Source: an uncultured delta proteobacterium
GTDB lineage: Bacteria; Desulfobacterota; Desulfobacteria; Desulfobacterales; JAHEIW01
DNA: 64,000 bases
Reading direction: 5' to 3'
NCBI GenBank assembly: GCA_963706575.1
Contig: CAVPNL010000003.1
Location: 256,001-320,000, forward strand
This document shows, in pieces, positions 1 through 10,499 of this stretch. The position numbers were made by a program, and so were the translations under genes. Below the pieces are notes generated by a model that did not search any database, was not told the DNA's origin, and saw only the letters and a list, made by a program, of their open reading frames with translations. How positions within the stretch are numbered: the first letter of the stretch is position 1; the number at the start of each line of letters is the position of its first letter.

Positions 1-196
1 CAGATGTCGCCTTTGGTTTACTGCCGTATCGACGCTCGGAAATCCGGTTTAAAGTTGCCGAAAAATTCTCGCTTGGGTCTGATGATTCCCCAGGCGCGTT
101 GGATTTAAATGCAGCTGGACCTTTGGCAGCGGTTCCATTTAAACCGGAGGCCGGTATCTGGGGTAAAGCAGGCAGTATGAACGCATCAGACGACAT
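1..196 (-). CDS. N-terminal part of probable flagellar hook-length control protein FliK (runs off window)
   Basis: ATG at 196 with AAGGA RBS; open frame MSSDAFILPALPQIPASGLNGTAAK...; low-complexity N-terminus; lies downstream of fliJ with its own sigma54 promoter. Identity rests on position only. Confidence 0.45.
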   Translation of the reverse strand, partial: MSSDAFILPALPQIPASGLNGTAAKGPAAFKSNAPGESSDPSENFSATLNRISERRYGSKPKATS

Positions 197-259
197 AATT
201 TTCCTTTCTTGCTTTTTCCGCTATAAATGGCTTTGAAAAACGATGCCGGGCTAAGGTTG

Positions 260-275
260 TGCATCAAGCGTGCCA
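260..275 (-). promoter_or_regulatory. sigma54 -24/-12 promoter
   Basis: Minus strand TGGCACGCTTGATGCA, ~65 nt upstream of ATG 196. Confidence 0.8.
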
Positions 276-570
276 ACCTTTAATAAAGATAGGCGTTGCA
301 TAAAAGATACTTTTTTGCCAATTCATAAAACTTGTTATCTATTTGAAATAAAATAGAATAATAATATTTCGACCTCCAGCTAAAAGAAATGCCGCTGCCC
401 ATTTTATCAATGGCTTCAACCCGCGTAAGGCAGATTTTTTGAGGCAATTTTTTCCTGAACTGGTAATCTTTACCTTCAACACATAGCCCGTGCTCAAGGG
501 AATGAAGAATGAGAATGAAACGCTTTAATCGGCAGGGTGTCGGCGGATGGTTTAGCGGGTGAAACAGGCG

Positions 571-1008
571 TTAGGGTTTCCGGTTAAATTGATGACCGGC
601 AACTTCGTCCATAAAGCTGCGCTCCTTTTTTAACTGTTCCTGCTCATAGGCTTGCAGGCCCTTTTCTTTTAATCGGTCCAGTATTTTCCGTTTTTTCATG
701 CCGGCAACCAGATCCAGACGCTTTAGGCTGAAATTGCGTTCAGCTTCCAGGACCTTCTGTCTTTGAGCTTCCATTTCTTTAGAAAGCTGTTCGACAAAAT
801 CAACATACAGTTTAATTTCCGATGCCGGGCGTCCGTCGGTTTGTTTTTCTTGAAGCTGCAACACGGTTTTACGTTTTTTTTGCCTGAGGACCCATAATTT
901 ATCCTTTTCGGCGTCAAGACGTATTTTTAAGTCGGCGAGCTCTTTTTGCAGAACCTCTACCAGGTAACGGCGATGATTTAAAAGCGGTTCAAGGTTGAAT
1001 TGATACAT
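571..1008 (-). CDS. fliJ: flagellar export protein FliJ
   Basis: YQFNLEPLLNHR N-terminus, coiled coil, 145 aa, directly after fliI. Confidence 0.9.
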   Translation of the reverse strand: MYQFNLEPLLNHRRYLVEVLQKELADLKIRLDAEKDKLWVLRQKKRKTVLQLQEKQTDGRPASEIKLYVDFVEQLSKEMEAQRQKVLEAERNFSLKRLDLVAGMKKRKILDRLKEKGLQAYEQEQLKKERSFMDEVAGHQFNRKP

Positions 1009-2330
1009 CAGGATTCAAATAGCTGGGTCAGCTGGGAAATACTTTCATTAAAAGGGGTTGTTTCGTCGATATCCTGTTTCAAATAGCGATTAATTTTTTC
1101 AATCATTTCAATGGCAAAATCGATTTTTGGATTGCTCCCGGCAACATAGGCACCAATGTTGATCAGGTCCTCCGCTTTGCGATAAATGGCCAGGGTTTCC
1201 TTTAACTGATTGGCATACCGGCGCTGTTCAGGATTGATGATGTCATCCATCACACGGCTGATGCTGCTGAGGACATCGATGGCCGGGTAGTGATTCTGGG
1301 TGGCCAGGTCCCGCGTGAGGTTGATATGGCCATCGAGAATGGCGCGCAGGGCATCCGCTATCGGTTCGTTGGTGTCATCGCCTTCCACCAGCACGGTATA
1401 CAGCCCGGTAATTGTGCCCCGGTTGGCGGAAGTCCCGGCTCTTTCACATAATTTGGGCAACAGCGTAAACACGGACGGGGTATAGCCTTTGGTTGTCGGC
1501 GGTTCACCCAGGGCCAGTCCGATCTCCCGTTGCGCCATGGCAAAACGGGTAACCGAATCCATCATTAAATTGACATGACGGCCCTGATCGCGAAAAAATT
1601 CAGCGATGGATGTGGCAATAAATGCACCCCGCATGCGAATCAGCGGCAGATGATCGGATGTTGCCACCACTATGACCGAACGTTCAAGGCCTTCTTTACC
1701 GAGTTCTTTTTCGATAAATTCATTGACTTCGCGGCCGCGCTCTCCGATCAGGGCAATCACGTTAACATCGGCGGATGTTTTACGCGCAATCATTCCCAAT
1801 AAGACGCTTTTGCCCACGCCGGATCCGGCAAAAATACCCAGCCGCTGCCCGCACCCCACGGATAACAAACCATTAATGGCCCGGATACCTAAATCCAGCG
1901 GCTTTGAAATCCGTTTGCGACTCAACGGATTGATGGGAGTTCCGTAGATAGGGTATTCGCGTTCAGCCGCAATCGGTCCTTTGTTATCAATGGGGTTGCC
2001 GAGTCCGTCGATGACCCGTCCCAGAAGCCCCGGACCGACCGGAATAACGGCCCGCTGCTGTCTGGCAACGATGGGGCATCCGGGGCCAATGCCCCGAATT
2101 TCCGCCAAGGGCATCATCAGGACCTTATTGTCCTTAAATCCCAGCACCTCGGCGCTAATTTTGTGAGAATCACCTTTGGTGTAAATATCACATATCGTTC
2201 CGAGTCTGGACACCGGGCCCTGGGCTTCGATCACCAAACCGACGATATTGGTCACCTTACCGTTGGCCTGGAGGGTACACGCTGTATCCACGCAGCGCTG
2301 ATATTTGGCCAGACTGAAAGTCGTTGCCAT
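1008..2330 (-). CDS. fliI: flagellum-specific ATPase FliI
   Basis: Walker A GSGVGKS, ALIGERGREV, DSVTRFAMAQREIGL, GEPPTTKGYTPS. Confidence 0.97.
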   Translation of the reverse strand: MATTFSLAKYQRCVDTACTLQANGKVTNIVGLVIEAQGPVSRLGTICDIYTKGDSHKISAEVLGFKDNKVLMMPLAEIRGIGPGCPIVARQQRAVIPVGPGLLGRVIDGLGNPIDNKGPIAAEREYPIYGTPINPLSRKRISKPLDLGIRAINGLLSVGCGQRLGIFAGSGVGKSVLLGMIARKTSADVNVIALIGERGREVNEFIEKELGKEGLERSVIVVATSDHLPLIRMRGAFIATSIAEFFRDQGRHVNLMMDSVTRFAMAQREIGLALGEPPTTKGYTPSVFTLLPKLCERAGTSANRGTITGLYTVLVEGDDTNEPIADALRAILDGHINLTRDLATQNHYPAIDVLSSISRVMDDIINPEQRRYANQLKETLAIYRKAEDLINIGAYVAGSNPKIDFAIEMIEKINRYLKQDIDETTPFNESISQLTQLFES

Positions 2331-2336
2331 GTTCGG

Positions 2337-3111
2337 CTATTCACTTTCCTGCTGTGGCGGTTCAAACTGGGTTTGGAATGATTCTTCAATCGCCTGAAAT
2401 TGCTTTTCAATGCGGGCGTCAATGTCGCCCCTGTCCGTTTCCACCAGACAGCCCCCGCTTTGAATGGACTCCTCGGCCTCAAAACGAATATTATCGACAT
2501 TGCGTAAAAAGCGGGAAAACTGGAATTGGGTGTCTTTAATAAATTGGAGATCGTCAGGGTTTAGTTTGATTTTAATCTTTGCGGGATTATTCAACTCGGC
2601 TCAGGGCCTCCCGGGCGACGCAAGTGACGGTTTCCTGAGTGGTTTTGACCTCGTGACACACAATTTTTCTGGCAATCGACAATGCCAGCTGAGCCACTTC
2701 TTTTTCAATCTCCTGATAGATTTCCTGCCGAATATTTTCCAGGTGTCCCAGGATCTGGTTAAGACTGTCGACGACCGAATCCGCCTTTTTCGACCCGGAC
2801 TCAAAACCGACCCTTTTACCTTCAAGAAAACCCTTTTGAAACGCAGCTTCTTTGATCTCATCGACCGAAGGCGCATTGTCTTCTTTGTCTTCTTTATCTT
2901 GCGCGGGAGTTTTCGGTACTTCAGCAGCCAAACCATCTTCCGTGCAGACCGGATCCATATCCATATTTTTAAAAAGCGACCGCTGAAAATCAGCGTTGCT
3001 TGTTCGGCTGACGCAAGGATTCGCTGGCTCATCCACCGGAATATTCGGGAAATAATGCAGACGAAAGTCATCCTGCAGCACTTGAGATCCTTTTTTGGCT
3101 TCATCAGGCAA
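2337..3111 (-). CDS. fliH: flagellar assembly protein FliH (1-nt frameshift near 2590, probably sequencing error)
   Basis: AxxxGxxxGxxxG repeats, LALSIARKIV; C-terminal GGCLVETDRGDIDA in adjacent frame (2337-2594). Confidence 0.88.
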
Positions 3112-4078
3112 TGATTGTATCTCCTCTGCGGCCGGCGATAATTAACTCCCCTTTGGTTTCCATCTCCTGGATGATATTGGTAATATTCTGCTGGGAATCT
3201 TCCACTTCTTTCATGCGAACCGGTCCCATATCCTCTATCTCTTCTTTCAGCATCTCCCCGGCGCGCTCAGACATGTTTTTGAAAACCTTTTCCTTGACCT
3301 CCTCGGAGGCCGCTTTGAGCGCGATGGCCAGTTCCATGGTTTCAACCTTGCGCAACAGTTTTTGGACACCGCGGTCGTCGACCAGGATGATATCTTCGAA
3401 AACAAACATGCGTTGTTTGATCTGGGCCGCCATTTCCATGTCGGCCTCTTCCATCTCATTTAATATCAATTCACTTGAAATTTCATCCGTCTGGTTCAAT
3501 ATTTCTGCCAGACGATCAACCCCACCGGTGACCTTGGAAATGGTATTTCGCTTGGTTTTTAAAATGTCTTTTAAAATCTCATTGACCTCATCGACAATCG
3601 CGGCTGTGACTTTATCCAGGTTCACGATACGCATCGAAACTTCCGTTTTAATTTCGTCCGGCAGTCTGGCGATCACATCACTGGCAACGCGGGTATTAAG
3701 GTGCACCAAAATAATGGCAATCGTCTGCGGCTGTTCATTTCGAATGAGGTCATATATTTCTTCAGCGCTTAAGGTGCTGATCGCTTTGAGGCCGCTGCCT
3801 TCGGCGTTTAAATCACCGCTACCGTTTTCTGCCTGAATGCCTTTAGCAGATGCGGATCGGTTCAGCTTTGATTTATACCGCTGGGCGATAAGGGCAAATT
3901 CTTTTGCGACCTGCCCGACGACCTCGGGTGATATGGTCCGGATTTGAGACAGATGGTTGTTGATGATTTCTTTTTCCGATTCACTCAGCCGCTTCAGCAG
4001 TATATCTGCCAACGGTCTACCCAGGGCATGAATCAGGATGGCCGCCTTTACCGGGCCTGCTATTCTTTTAGGATCCAT
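3104..4078 (-). CDS. fliG: flagellar motor switch protein FliG
   Basis: KAAILI, EQPQTIAIIL, GGVDRLAEILN, MFVFEDI, NMSERA motifs. Confidence 0.96.
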   Translation of the reverse strand: MDPKRIAGPVKAAILIHALGRPLADILLKRLSESEKEIINNHLSQIRTISPEVVGQVAKEFALIAQRYKSKLNRSASAKGIQAENGSGDLNAEGSGLKAISTLSAEEIYDLIRNEQPQTIAIILVHLNTRVASDVIARLPDEIKTEVSMRIVNLDKVTAAIVDEVNEILKDILKTKRNTISKVTGGVDRLAEILNQTDEISSELILNEMEEADMEMAAQIKQRMFVFEDIILVDDRGVQKLLRKVETMELAIALKAASEEVKEKVFKNMSERAGEMLKEEIEDMGPVRMKEVEDSQQNITNIIQEMETKGELIIAGRRGDTIIA

Positions 4079-4129
4079 ATATGTTTACTTTGCGAATCGA
4101 GCAAAAAAGGTTCAATTGGGCTCGAGTGG

Positions 4130-5737
4130 TTATTCCTTATTCTCTTTCAGCCAGTCACGTACAACCCCGACTGACGCATCGTTGTCCTGGGTTATTAACT
4201 GAGACACCTGATCTTTATATGCCGGTAATTTCGCATCGGTGCCGTACTCGTTTTCAAGTTCGCCGACGGTCCTGGGAAGCTGGTGCAACATTTCAGCTTC
4301 ACCAACGGTATGGGTCGTCAGCCATCTGATCAAAGGTTGAACGACAAAGAAAAACGTTAAGATTAAAAACAAACTCAAAAACGTATATTTAAAATAGGGC
4401 TTGTAATTTTCCAGGCGCGTCAGCCAGGTTTCAACCAACGAATCGTCTTCGGCCGTGGTCATCTGGTTGGTTTCAAAGGGTATATTGACGACCTCTACCT
4501 TATCGCCCCGATCTGCAATAAAATTGACCGCACTTTTGACAAGGTTTTCGATTTTGGTCAGTTCATCGGATGATCGCGGTATGTAGGTCCATTCCAGCTC
4601 CCCATTTTCATTTGGATTGGATTGGTAGGTCCCGTCGACCAGAACGGCAACCGAGACCCGGTCTATGCCACCAACCGGATCCAGGGTGCGGCTGGTCAAT
4701 TTACCAATTTCATAATTAACCGTGCGGTCTTGCTTAGCAAAAGTGGTTTTTTCACTCTCGGTTGTCTGGTTTTGGGCCGGACTGCTCTCGGGCAAATTGG
4801 ATTGAATACCGGGAATCCCCTGGGGAATCGGATCGGCATCCCGCGCAGTTTCATTGAACAGCTGTTCGCTGCGAACAACCTGATTTTCAGGGAGAAAGCG
4901 CTCTTCGGTCATCTCATAACGCTTAAAATTCAGGTCACAGGATACACGCACAATGGCCCGGTTGGCGCCCAGTGCTTTTTCCAGCATGGTCAGCACTCGG
5001 TTTTCCAGTTTGTGTTCGACCTTGGCCTGGTAATCGAGTTGATCCGAGCTCAGTGTGGCAATACCGGTATTATCTTTGGAGCCGGTTAGCAATCGCCCGT
5101 TGCTGTCAACCACGGTGACATTTTCAGGGCCCATTCGAGATACACTGGAAGACACCAGATGCACGATGCCTTGAACCTGTTGTTGCGTCAGCCATTTGCC
5201 GTGGCGCAGTTTCACCACCACCGAAGCCGACGCCGATTCTTCGTCTTTGAGAAAGAGCGATTTTTCCGACATCACAATATGCACCCGGCAGCTGTCAACT
5301 TCTTCGAATCCGCTGATGCTTCGAACCAGTTCTCCCTGAAGCGCTCTTTGATAGTTTACATTTTGGGCAAATTCGGTCATGCCGAGTTTGGTGTTGTCAA
5401 AAAGCTCAAAGCCGATGCTGCCTCCCTGGGGCAGACCTTCTGAGGCCAATTCCATGCGGGTTTCATAAATTTTTTCCTGCGGAACAAGAATAGTGCTCCC
5501 GTTGGCAGAAAGTCGATAGGGAATTTTTTGATCTTTCAACCGGTTGAGGATGATTCCGGCATCGTTGGCATCCAGGTTTGTGTAGAGGGGGTGAAACTCC
5601 GGGTTCCCGGCCCAGTTCATTAAAAAAACAAACCCGGCCGCGAAGCCCACTGCAAGGATCAAAAGGGCAATCCGTTTGCCGATGCTGAGGCTTTTAAACA
5701 GATTTTGAAGCTGCAATAATATTTCACGAATGGGCAT
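4130..5737 (-). CDS. fliF: flagellar M-ring protein FliF
   Basis: GFELFD, YQRALQGEL, RVHIVM, SASVVVKL; two TM helices. Confidence 0.96.
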   Translation of the reverse strand: MPIREILLQLQNLFKSLSIGKRIALLILAVGFAAGFVFLMNWAGNPEFHPLYTNLDANDAGIILNRLKDQKIPYRLSANGSTILVPQEKIYETRMELASEGLPQGGSIGFELFDNTKLGMTEFAQNVNYQRALQGELVRSISGFEEVDSCRVHIVMSEKSLFLKDEESASASVVVKLRHGKWLTQQQVQGIVHLVSSSVSRMGPENVTVVDSNGRLLTGSKDNTGIATLSSDQLDYQAKVEHKLENRVLTMLEKALGANRAIVRVSCDLNFKRYEMTEERFLPENQVVRSEQLFNETARDADPIPQGIPGIQSNLPESSPAQNQTTESEKTTFAKQDRTVNYEIGKLTSRTLDPVGGIDRVSVAVLVDGTYQSNPNENGELEWTYIPRSSDELTKIENLVKSAVNFIADRGDKVEVVNIPFETNQMTTAEDDSLVETWLTRLENYKPYFKYTFLSLFLILTFFFVVQPLIRWLTTHTVGEAEMLHQLPRTVGELENEYGTDAKLPAYKDQVSQLITQDNDASVGVVRDWLKENKE

Positions 5738-5752
5738 TATCTATCTCCGAAG

Positions 5753-6061
5753 TTAGGCCTGCATGCGCATGACCGTTTCGTAGGCCGAAATGATTTTATT
5801 GCGGACCTGCATCAAGAGTTGAAAAGCAACATCCGCTTTTTCCAAAGCAATCATGGTTGCATGAATATCTTTTTGTTTACCCGCGGCTAAATTATCCACC
5901 GCTTCATCGGCTTCCAGTTTAAGCCGGTTGGCATCATTTAGCGAACGGGCCAGCATATTGCCGAATGACTCCGGGTTCTGTGCTTTCTTGGTTTTGGCAA
6001 CGGTATCCAGACCGTTCCCGTTCAGCGATTCCAATCCTTTGGTGAAGGTAATTTCATTCAT
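5753..6061 (-). CDS. fliE: flagellar hook-basal body protein FliE
   Basis: QVRNKIISAYETVMRMQ C-terminus. Confidence 0.95.
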   Translation of the reverse strand: MNEITFTKGLESLNGNGLDTVAKTKKAQNPESFGNMLARSLNDANRLKLEADEAVDNLAAGKQKDIHATMIALEKADVAFQLLMQVRNKIISAYETVMRMQA

Positions 6062-6063
6062 GA

Positions 6064-6507
6064 TTACTGTCCGATCTCAAGCGCTTTGAGCGCCATATCT
6101 TTGGCGGATTTAATGGCAGTCACGCTGGCCTCATAACTTCGGGTCGCCGAAATCATGTTTACCATTTCTTCCATCAAGTTGATGTTGGGCATCGAAACAT
6201 AGCCATTTACATCGGCGTCCGGATGCATGGGGTCATACTTTTTTATCGGCGGACGCGAATCTTCAACAATTTCAACAACAGCGACTTCTTTTAACAGCTC
6301 ATTCCGCCGGTTAGTCAACATTTCACGAAATGATGTCTTATGGGCCGGAACCCGGGCCGCAAAAACAGGATCTTTTCTTCGATACGGCCCGCCCTCTTGG
6401 GTGCGGGTCGTATTGATGTTGGCCAAATTAGCCGAAATCAAGTTCATACGCAGCCGTTGGGCCGACAGACCCGAGGAACTAATATGCAATGCATCAAAGA
6501 AATCCAT
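6064..6507 (-). CDS. flgC: flagellar basal-body rod protein FlgC
   Basis: SGLSAQRLRMNLISANLANINTT, YDPMHPDAD, EMVNMISATRSYEA. Confidence 0.97.
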   Translation of the reverse strand: MDFFDALHISSSGLSAQRLRMNLISANLANINTTRTQEGGPYRRKDPVFAARVPAHKTSFREMLTNRRNELLKEVAVVEIVEDSRPPIKKYDPMHPDADVNGYVSMPNINLMEEMVNMISATRSYEASVTAIKSAKDMALKALEIGQ

Positions 6508-6509
6508 GT

Positions 6510-6929
6510 TTATTTACTCCCTCCCTGAATGGCATTTTTAAGCCCTTGAAATTTCTTTTTAATAATCTGGGCGGCGGTCCGATACATCAGCGTGTTTTCA
6601 GCTAATCTCCCCATGGCCCTGTCGAGATCGACGGTATTACCGTCTGCCCTGAAATTGTTTCCAGACGAATCAACGGTTTTAATTTCTATCGGGTTTGATG
6701 ACGAATGACGCCCGGAAAGATGCCTGGGCTGGGTGCGCACCATTTCGATGGGCCGTTTAGCATGGGCGTTGGGTTTGCGGGCATCTTCCATAACCACCTC
6801 AAAAGCTTTGTAATTCGGTGTATCGATGTTGGCGATATTGGATGTCAGGACCTTATGACGCAGGGAACCGGTGTTGAGGCTTTTCTGAAGCGTTGCCATG
6901 GTCTCGTCAAATAGCGATTGTATTGGCAC
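6510..6929 (-). CDS. flgB: flagellar basal-body rod protein FlgB
   Basis: SNIANIDTPNYK, RADGNTVDLD. Confidence 0.95.
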   Translation of the reverse strand: MPIQSLFDETMATLQKSLNTGSLRHKVLTSNIANIDTPNYKAFEVVMEDARKPNAHAKRPIEMVRTQPRHLSGRHSSSNPIEIKTVDSSGNNFRADGNTVDLDRAMGRLAENTLMYRTAAQIIKKKFQGLKNAIQGGSK

Positions 6930-7009
6930 GACTTAAATTCTCCTAAATTTATCAGTTACTTAGTTAGAAAATTGTTACTTTTTGTTCTAATGCCATTAAT
7001 GTTTATCCG

Positions 7010-7096
7010 CACGCAAAGCCGCTAAGCTCGCAAAGGAAAATACTTTTAAATTAATTAAAGAATCTTTGCGTCTTTGCGTGCTTGTCTTTTTGCGTG
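7010..7096. repeat. imperfect palindrome of CGCAAAG / CTTTGCG units in flgB leader
   Basis: cacgcaaag..cgctaag..cgcaaag, AT spacer, then ctttgcg ctttgcgtg ..ttttgcgtg. Confidence 0.65.
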
Positions 7097-7147
7097 AGGC
7101 CTTTTCGGGTCCGTTTCACCCACTCCAGGCGGTTTAACTTAAAATCG

Positions 7148-7163
7148 AGCAAAATTCATACCA
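7148..7163 (-). promoter_or_regulatory. sigma54 promoter of flgB operon
   Basis: Minus strand TGGTATGAATTTTGCT. Confidence 0.8.
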
Positions 7164-7331
7164 GGTGGCATCAGTTCGGTCCGTCAGATGATTGTTAAAA
7201 TATGCTATATCATTTCAAATAGTTTAACCGATTATCCTAAAAGCTATCTGTTCAACCTATAGGCAAAATCTACCGTTTGCAGGCACGCACCGCGCGTTGG
7301 CGGTTTTGCTATTCTGATTTGATTTTATGAT

Positions 7332-8726
7332 CTAACCCCTCTGAGCCGCCGCTTCGGCCTGAGATTCCTCAAGCTCTTGTTGGTATTCTTTTAATTTATT
7401 TCGCAGCGTCCGTATGCTAATGCCGAGAAGCTCGGCGGCATGGGTGCGATTATCATTAACCTCTTCCAGGGTTTTCGTAATCAACTGTCTCTCCATCTCC
7501 TTAACGGTCATGCCAGCCTGCATCGAAATCGCCGAATGGGACCGGCTAGCGGCGCCCGCTGTATCTAAAAAGAGGTGCTCAGGCAGCAACTCAGGACCGC
7601 CGCTAATAAGCACAGCCCGCTCAATTGAATTTTCCAGTTCTCTGATATTGCCCTTCCACTCGTTATTTACGAGCTGTGTCAGCGCTGTATCGGAGATTTT
7701 TTTCTTGTCCTGGTTGTTTAAGTGACAGTATTTTTCCAGAAAATGCTCAACCAGTAGTGGAATATCCCCCTGGCGCTCCCTTAACGGCGGTATGGTAAAG
7801 GGAACCACATTGATGCGGTAATACAGATCTTCGCGAAATTTATTCTCAGATACCGCTTTTTTCAGATCGATATTACTGATGGCCACCACACGGGCATGCA
7901 TCGGAACCGATCGGCTGCCACCCACCCGATCAACTTCCCGTTCCTGCAACACCCGCAGCAGCTTGGCCTGCAGCGGTGGGCTCATTTCACTGATCTCATC
8001 CAGTACCACCGTACCGTGCTTTGCCAGTTCGAATTTGCCCATTTTGCGGCTAACCGCCCCGGTGAATGCGCCTTTTTCATGACCAAAAAGCTCACTTTCA
8101 GCCAGCGTATCAGGCAGCGCCGCACAATTGACCGCCACATAGGGTTCGTCCTTAAAGCCGCTGTGCTCATGGATATAGGCTGCCAGCAACTCTTTGCCGG
8201 TACCGCTTTGGCCCTGAATCAGAACCGTCGAGCGGCTGGTGGCAACACTCTTGGCCAACTTTAAAATATCCAATAACTTGGGGTCCTGGGTGACCAGGGT
8301 TTTGATCGTCGGTTGAGCCGTTGCGTTCTGTTTTGAATGACGATGATCACCGTTGCCGTCAATGCTTCCAAGCACTCTCTTTACTGTGGATCCCAGGGTT
8401 TCAAATGAAAACGGCTTCAAAAGATAATCTGCAGCGCCGGCCTGCATGGCCTCGACAGCATTGTGAATCGACCCATAGGCCGTAATCACAATAACCGGAA
8501 TCTCAGGTGCTATTTTTTTTACGGCCCCTAATACTTCCATACCCGACATTTCCGGCATCTTTAAATCCGTTATCACCAGGCTGACCGGCTCTTTTTTAAT
8601 TTTTAAAAGCGCTTTGGTGCCATTGGCAGCACTTTCAACGGCAAAGCCGTCTCTAGTTAACGCATGCGAAAGCGCGCTTCGCATCTCGGATTCGTCATCA
8701 ACGACCAATATCGGCGCAAGGCCCAT
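7332..8726 (-). CDS. sigma54-dependent response regulator, FleR/FlrC-like (REC-AAA-HTH)
   Basis: VVDDE/DLKMP receiver, GTGKE, ESELFGHEKGAFTGA, Fis HTH; paired with PAS kinase upstream of flgB. Confidence 0.9.
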   Translation of the reverse strand: MGLAPILVVDDESEMRSALSHALTRDGFAVESAANGTKALLKIKKEPVSLVITDLKMPEMSGMEVLGAVKKIAPEIPVIVITAYGSIHNAVEAMQAGAADYLLKPFSFETLGSTVKRVLGSIDGNGDHRHSKQNATAQPTIKTLVTQDPKLLDILKLAKSVATSRSTVLIQGQSGTGKELLAAYIHEHSGFKDEPYVAVNCAALPDTLAESELFGHEKGAFTGAVSRKMGKFELAKHGTVVLDEISEMSPPLQAKLLRVLQEREVDRVGGSRSVPMHARVVAISNIDLKKAVSENKFREDLYYRINVVPFTIPPLRERQGDIPLLVEHFLEKYCHLNNQDKKKISDTALTQLVNNEWKGNIRELENSIERAVLISGGPELLPEHLFLDTAGAASRSHSAISMQAGMTVKEMERQLITKTLEEVNDNRTHAAELLGISIRTLRNKLKEYQQELEESQAEAAAQRG

Positions 8727-8778
8727 TTCAAATAACCCCGTCTAAAATTTGAAATCGCGTGTTCGCGTATTCATGTAT

Positions 8779-9903
8779 TCATCCTTGCGGATGTCCTTCC
8801 CACAACGGCAGGGATACGATACATTGGGTGCCTTCGGCCGTACGACTGTTAATATCAATACTGCCGCCATGCATTTTGATGATATTATGCGCGATGGTCA
8901 GACCCAGGCCGGTACCTTTTTTACGGGTGGTAAAGAAAGGATCAAAAATTTTTTGAAGATCCATTCGCGCAATCCCGCATCCGGTATCGGAAAGATGCAC
9001 CTCAGCCCAATCCGTACCCTGTTGGCCATTTATTTTGTGGCTTGAAATACGCAGTTGCCCGCCGGCGGACATAGCCTGAATGGCGTTTAATATCAGATTT
9101 AAAAACACCTGTTTGAGCAGCTCCAGATCTCCCTGGACAAAAAGATTTTCATCGGACATATCGGTGACCACTTCAATGCCGTCATGGGCATCAAATATAT
9201 GCCCGGCAAAAAACAAGGAATCTTTCAACGCTTCGTGAATATCGAGCACCTGTTGGTCCAGTTGCTGGTCAGGCCGCACAAAGAGCAGCAGATTGGAAAC
9301 GATATTGTTAATGCTTTTCACCCCCGAGGAAATGTGTTCCGCCAGAGCCTTCAGGTCCTCATATTCTTTCAGATCATCCATTAGCATGGTTGCAAAAAGC
9401 TCGATGCTGCCCAGTGGATTTCGAATCTCATGGGCGATTCTGACGGCCATCTCGCCCATGGCCGTCAGGCGCCCGGTGCGATTCGCCTGGATCTCCAAAT
9501 TTTGCATCCGGGTGACATCATTCAAGGATAGAACGGTTCCAATTTTTCCTTCCGCCCGGGTCGTCACAGGGGAAATCGCAATGTTCAGGTGCAAATTGCT
9601 CCTTTGGTTGTGAGACAACATTGTATTAATTTCAGTTGTTTTTTCGATTCTAAGGATATCTTTGAAATTATTTCCCGAATTTTGAAAATAATCCGGTTTA
9701 AAGACCCCGTCGAAGGTCTCGCCCAGGACCCGTTCTGCCATAAAACCGGTGATCCGCTCGGCGGTCCGGTTAAAGATGACAATCCGGCCTTGATTATCGA
9801 GCGCAATGATACCCGATGGGATGCTTTCAAGAATATGAGGAAGATAGCTATTTAGGGCCGCTGCGTTCGCTGAATCTGTATTCAATTGGGAAACCGTTGC
9901 CAT
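8779..9903 (-). CDS. PAS histidine kinase, FleS/FlrB-like
   Basis: PAS domain, AHEIRNPLGSIEL H-box, NLILNAIQA, GTGLGL. Confidence 0.88.
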   Translation of the reverse strand: MATVSQLNTDSANAAALNSYLPHILESIPSGIIALDNQGRIVIFNRTAERITGFMAERVLGETFDGVFKPDYFQNSGNNFKDILRIEKTTEINTMLSHNQRSNLHLNIAISPVTTRAEGKIGTVLSLNDVTRMQNLEIQANRTGRLTAMGEMAVRIAHEIRNPLGSIELFATMLMDDLKEYEDLKALAEHISSGVKSINNIVSNLLLFVRPDQQLDQQVLDIHEALKDSLFFAGHIFDAHDGIEVVTDMSDENLFVQGDLELLKQVFLNLILNAIQAMSAGGQLRISSHKINGQQGTDWAEVHLSDTGCGIARMDLQKIFDPFFTTRKKGTGLGLTIAHNIIKMHGGSIDINSRTAEGTQCIVSLPLWEGHPQG

Positions 9904-10012
9904 ACCTATAAAGACGTAATTTTATATTTAACAGTTTGTTATTGTTTAATATTTTAACTTTCATGGCCCGAGCTGTTTTTGGTCTGAAAGATGGTTTTAC
10001 GCGCATGAATTG

Positions 10013-10028
10013 AGCAAATATCATGCCA
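10013..10028 (-). promoter_or_regulatory. sigma54 promoter of fleSR-like operon
   Basis: Minus strand TGGCATGATATTTGCT. Confidence 0.82.
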
Positions 10029-10499
10029 CTGGAACTCGGTCACCCGATCACCATGGAGTGCAGGGGAAGCGAATTTGTTCGCTGGAATCATTTTCATTTT
10101 TATCCTGGGTTTTCCGGGTGATGAAACAAGGTGTAACCATATGAAATGATGTTTAAATCTTAGTTATTTGCCACTCTTTCACGGTAAAAAATGCTGTCAA
10201 CTCAAGCTGGTCTGAATTCTAAAAAAATAAAATTTTATCTAATTTCAGCTACTTCGAGAACAGGCTGGTTTTAAATTCTGTCAATTTTTCAAAGTTTCCA
10301 TGTCACTGCTTTGACGCTGTGAAACCGGTAATAATTGAAGTTGAAAAATCGCTGGTAGGATCAAATCGGCAGAGCCGGAAAAAAAAGAAATGATTCGTAC
10401 ATTAAAATAGCTGGCGTTCTCAGGGGGAGCCTGCAGGTTCGGCGATCATTTTTATCGAAAAAGAGACGATTTTGCGAAAGACCGTGTTAGCGCGATCGA

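Noticed and set aside
2464..3836. Long antisense ORFs over fliH/fliG (and similar shadows elsewhere)
   Set aside because: They are shadow frames of well-supported genes, with no motifs or RBS.
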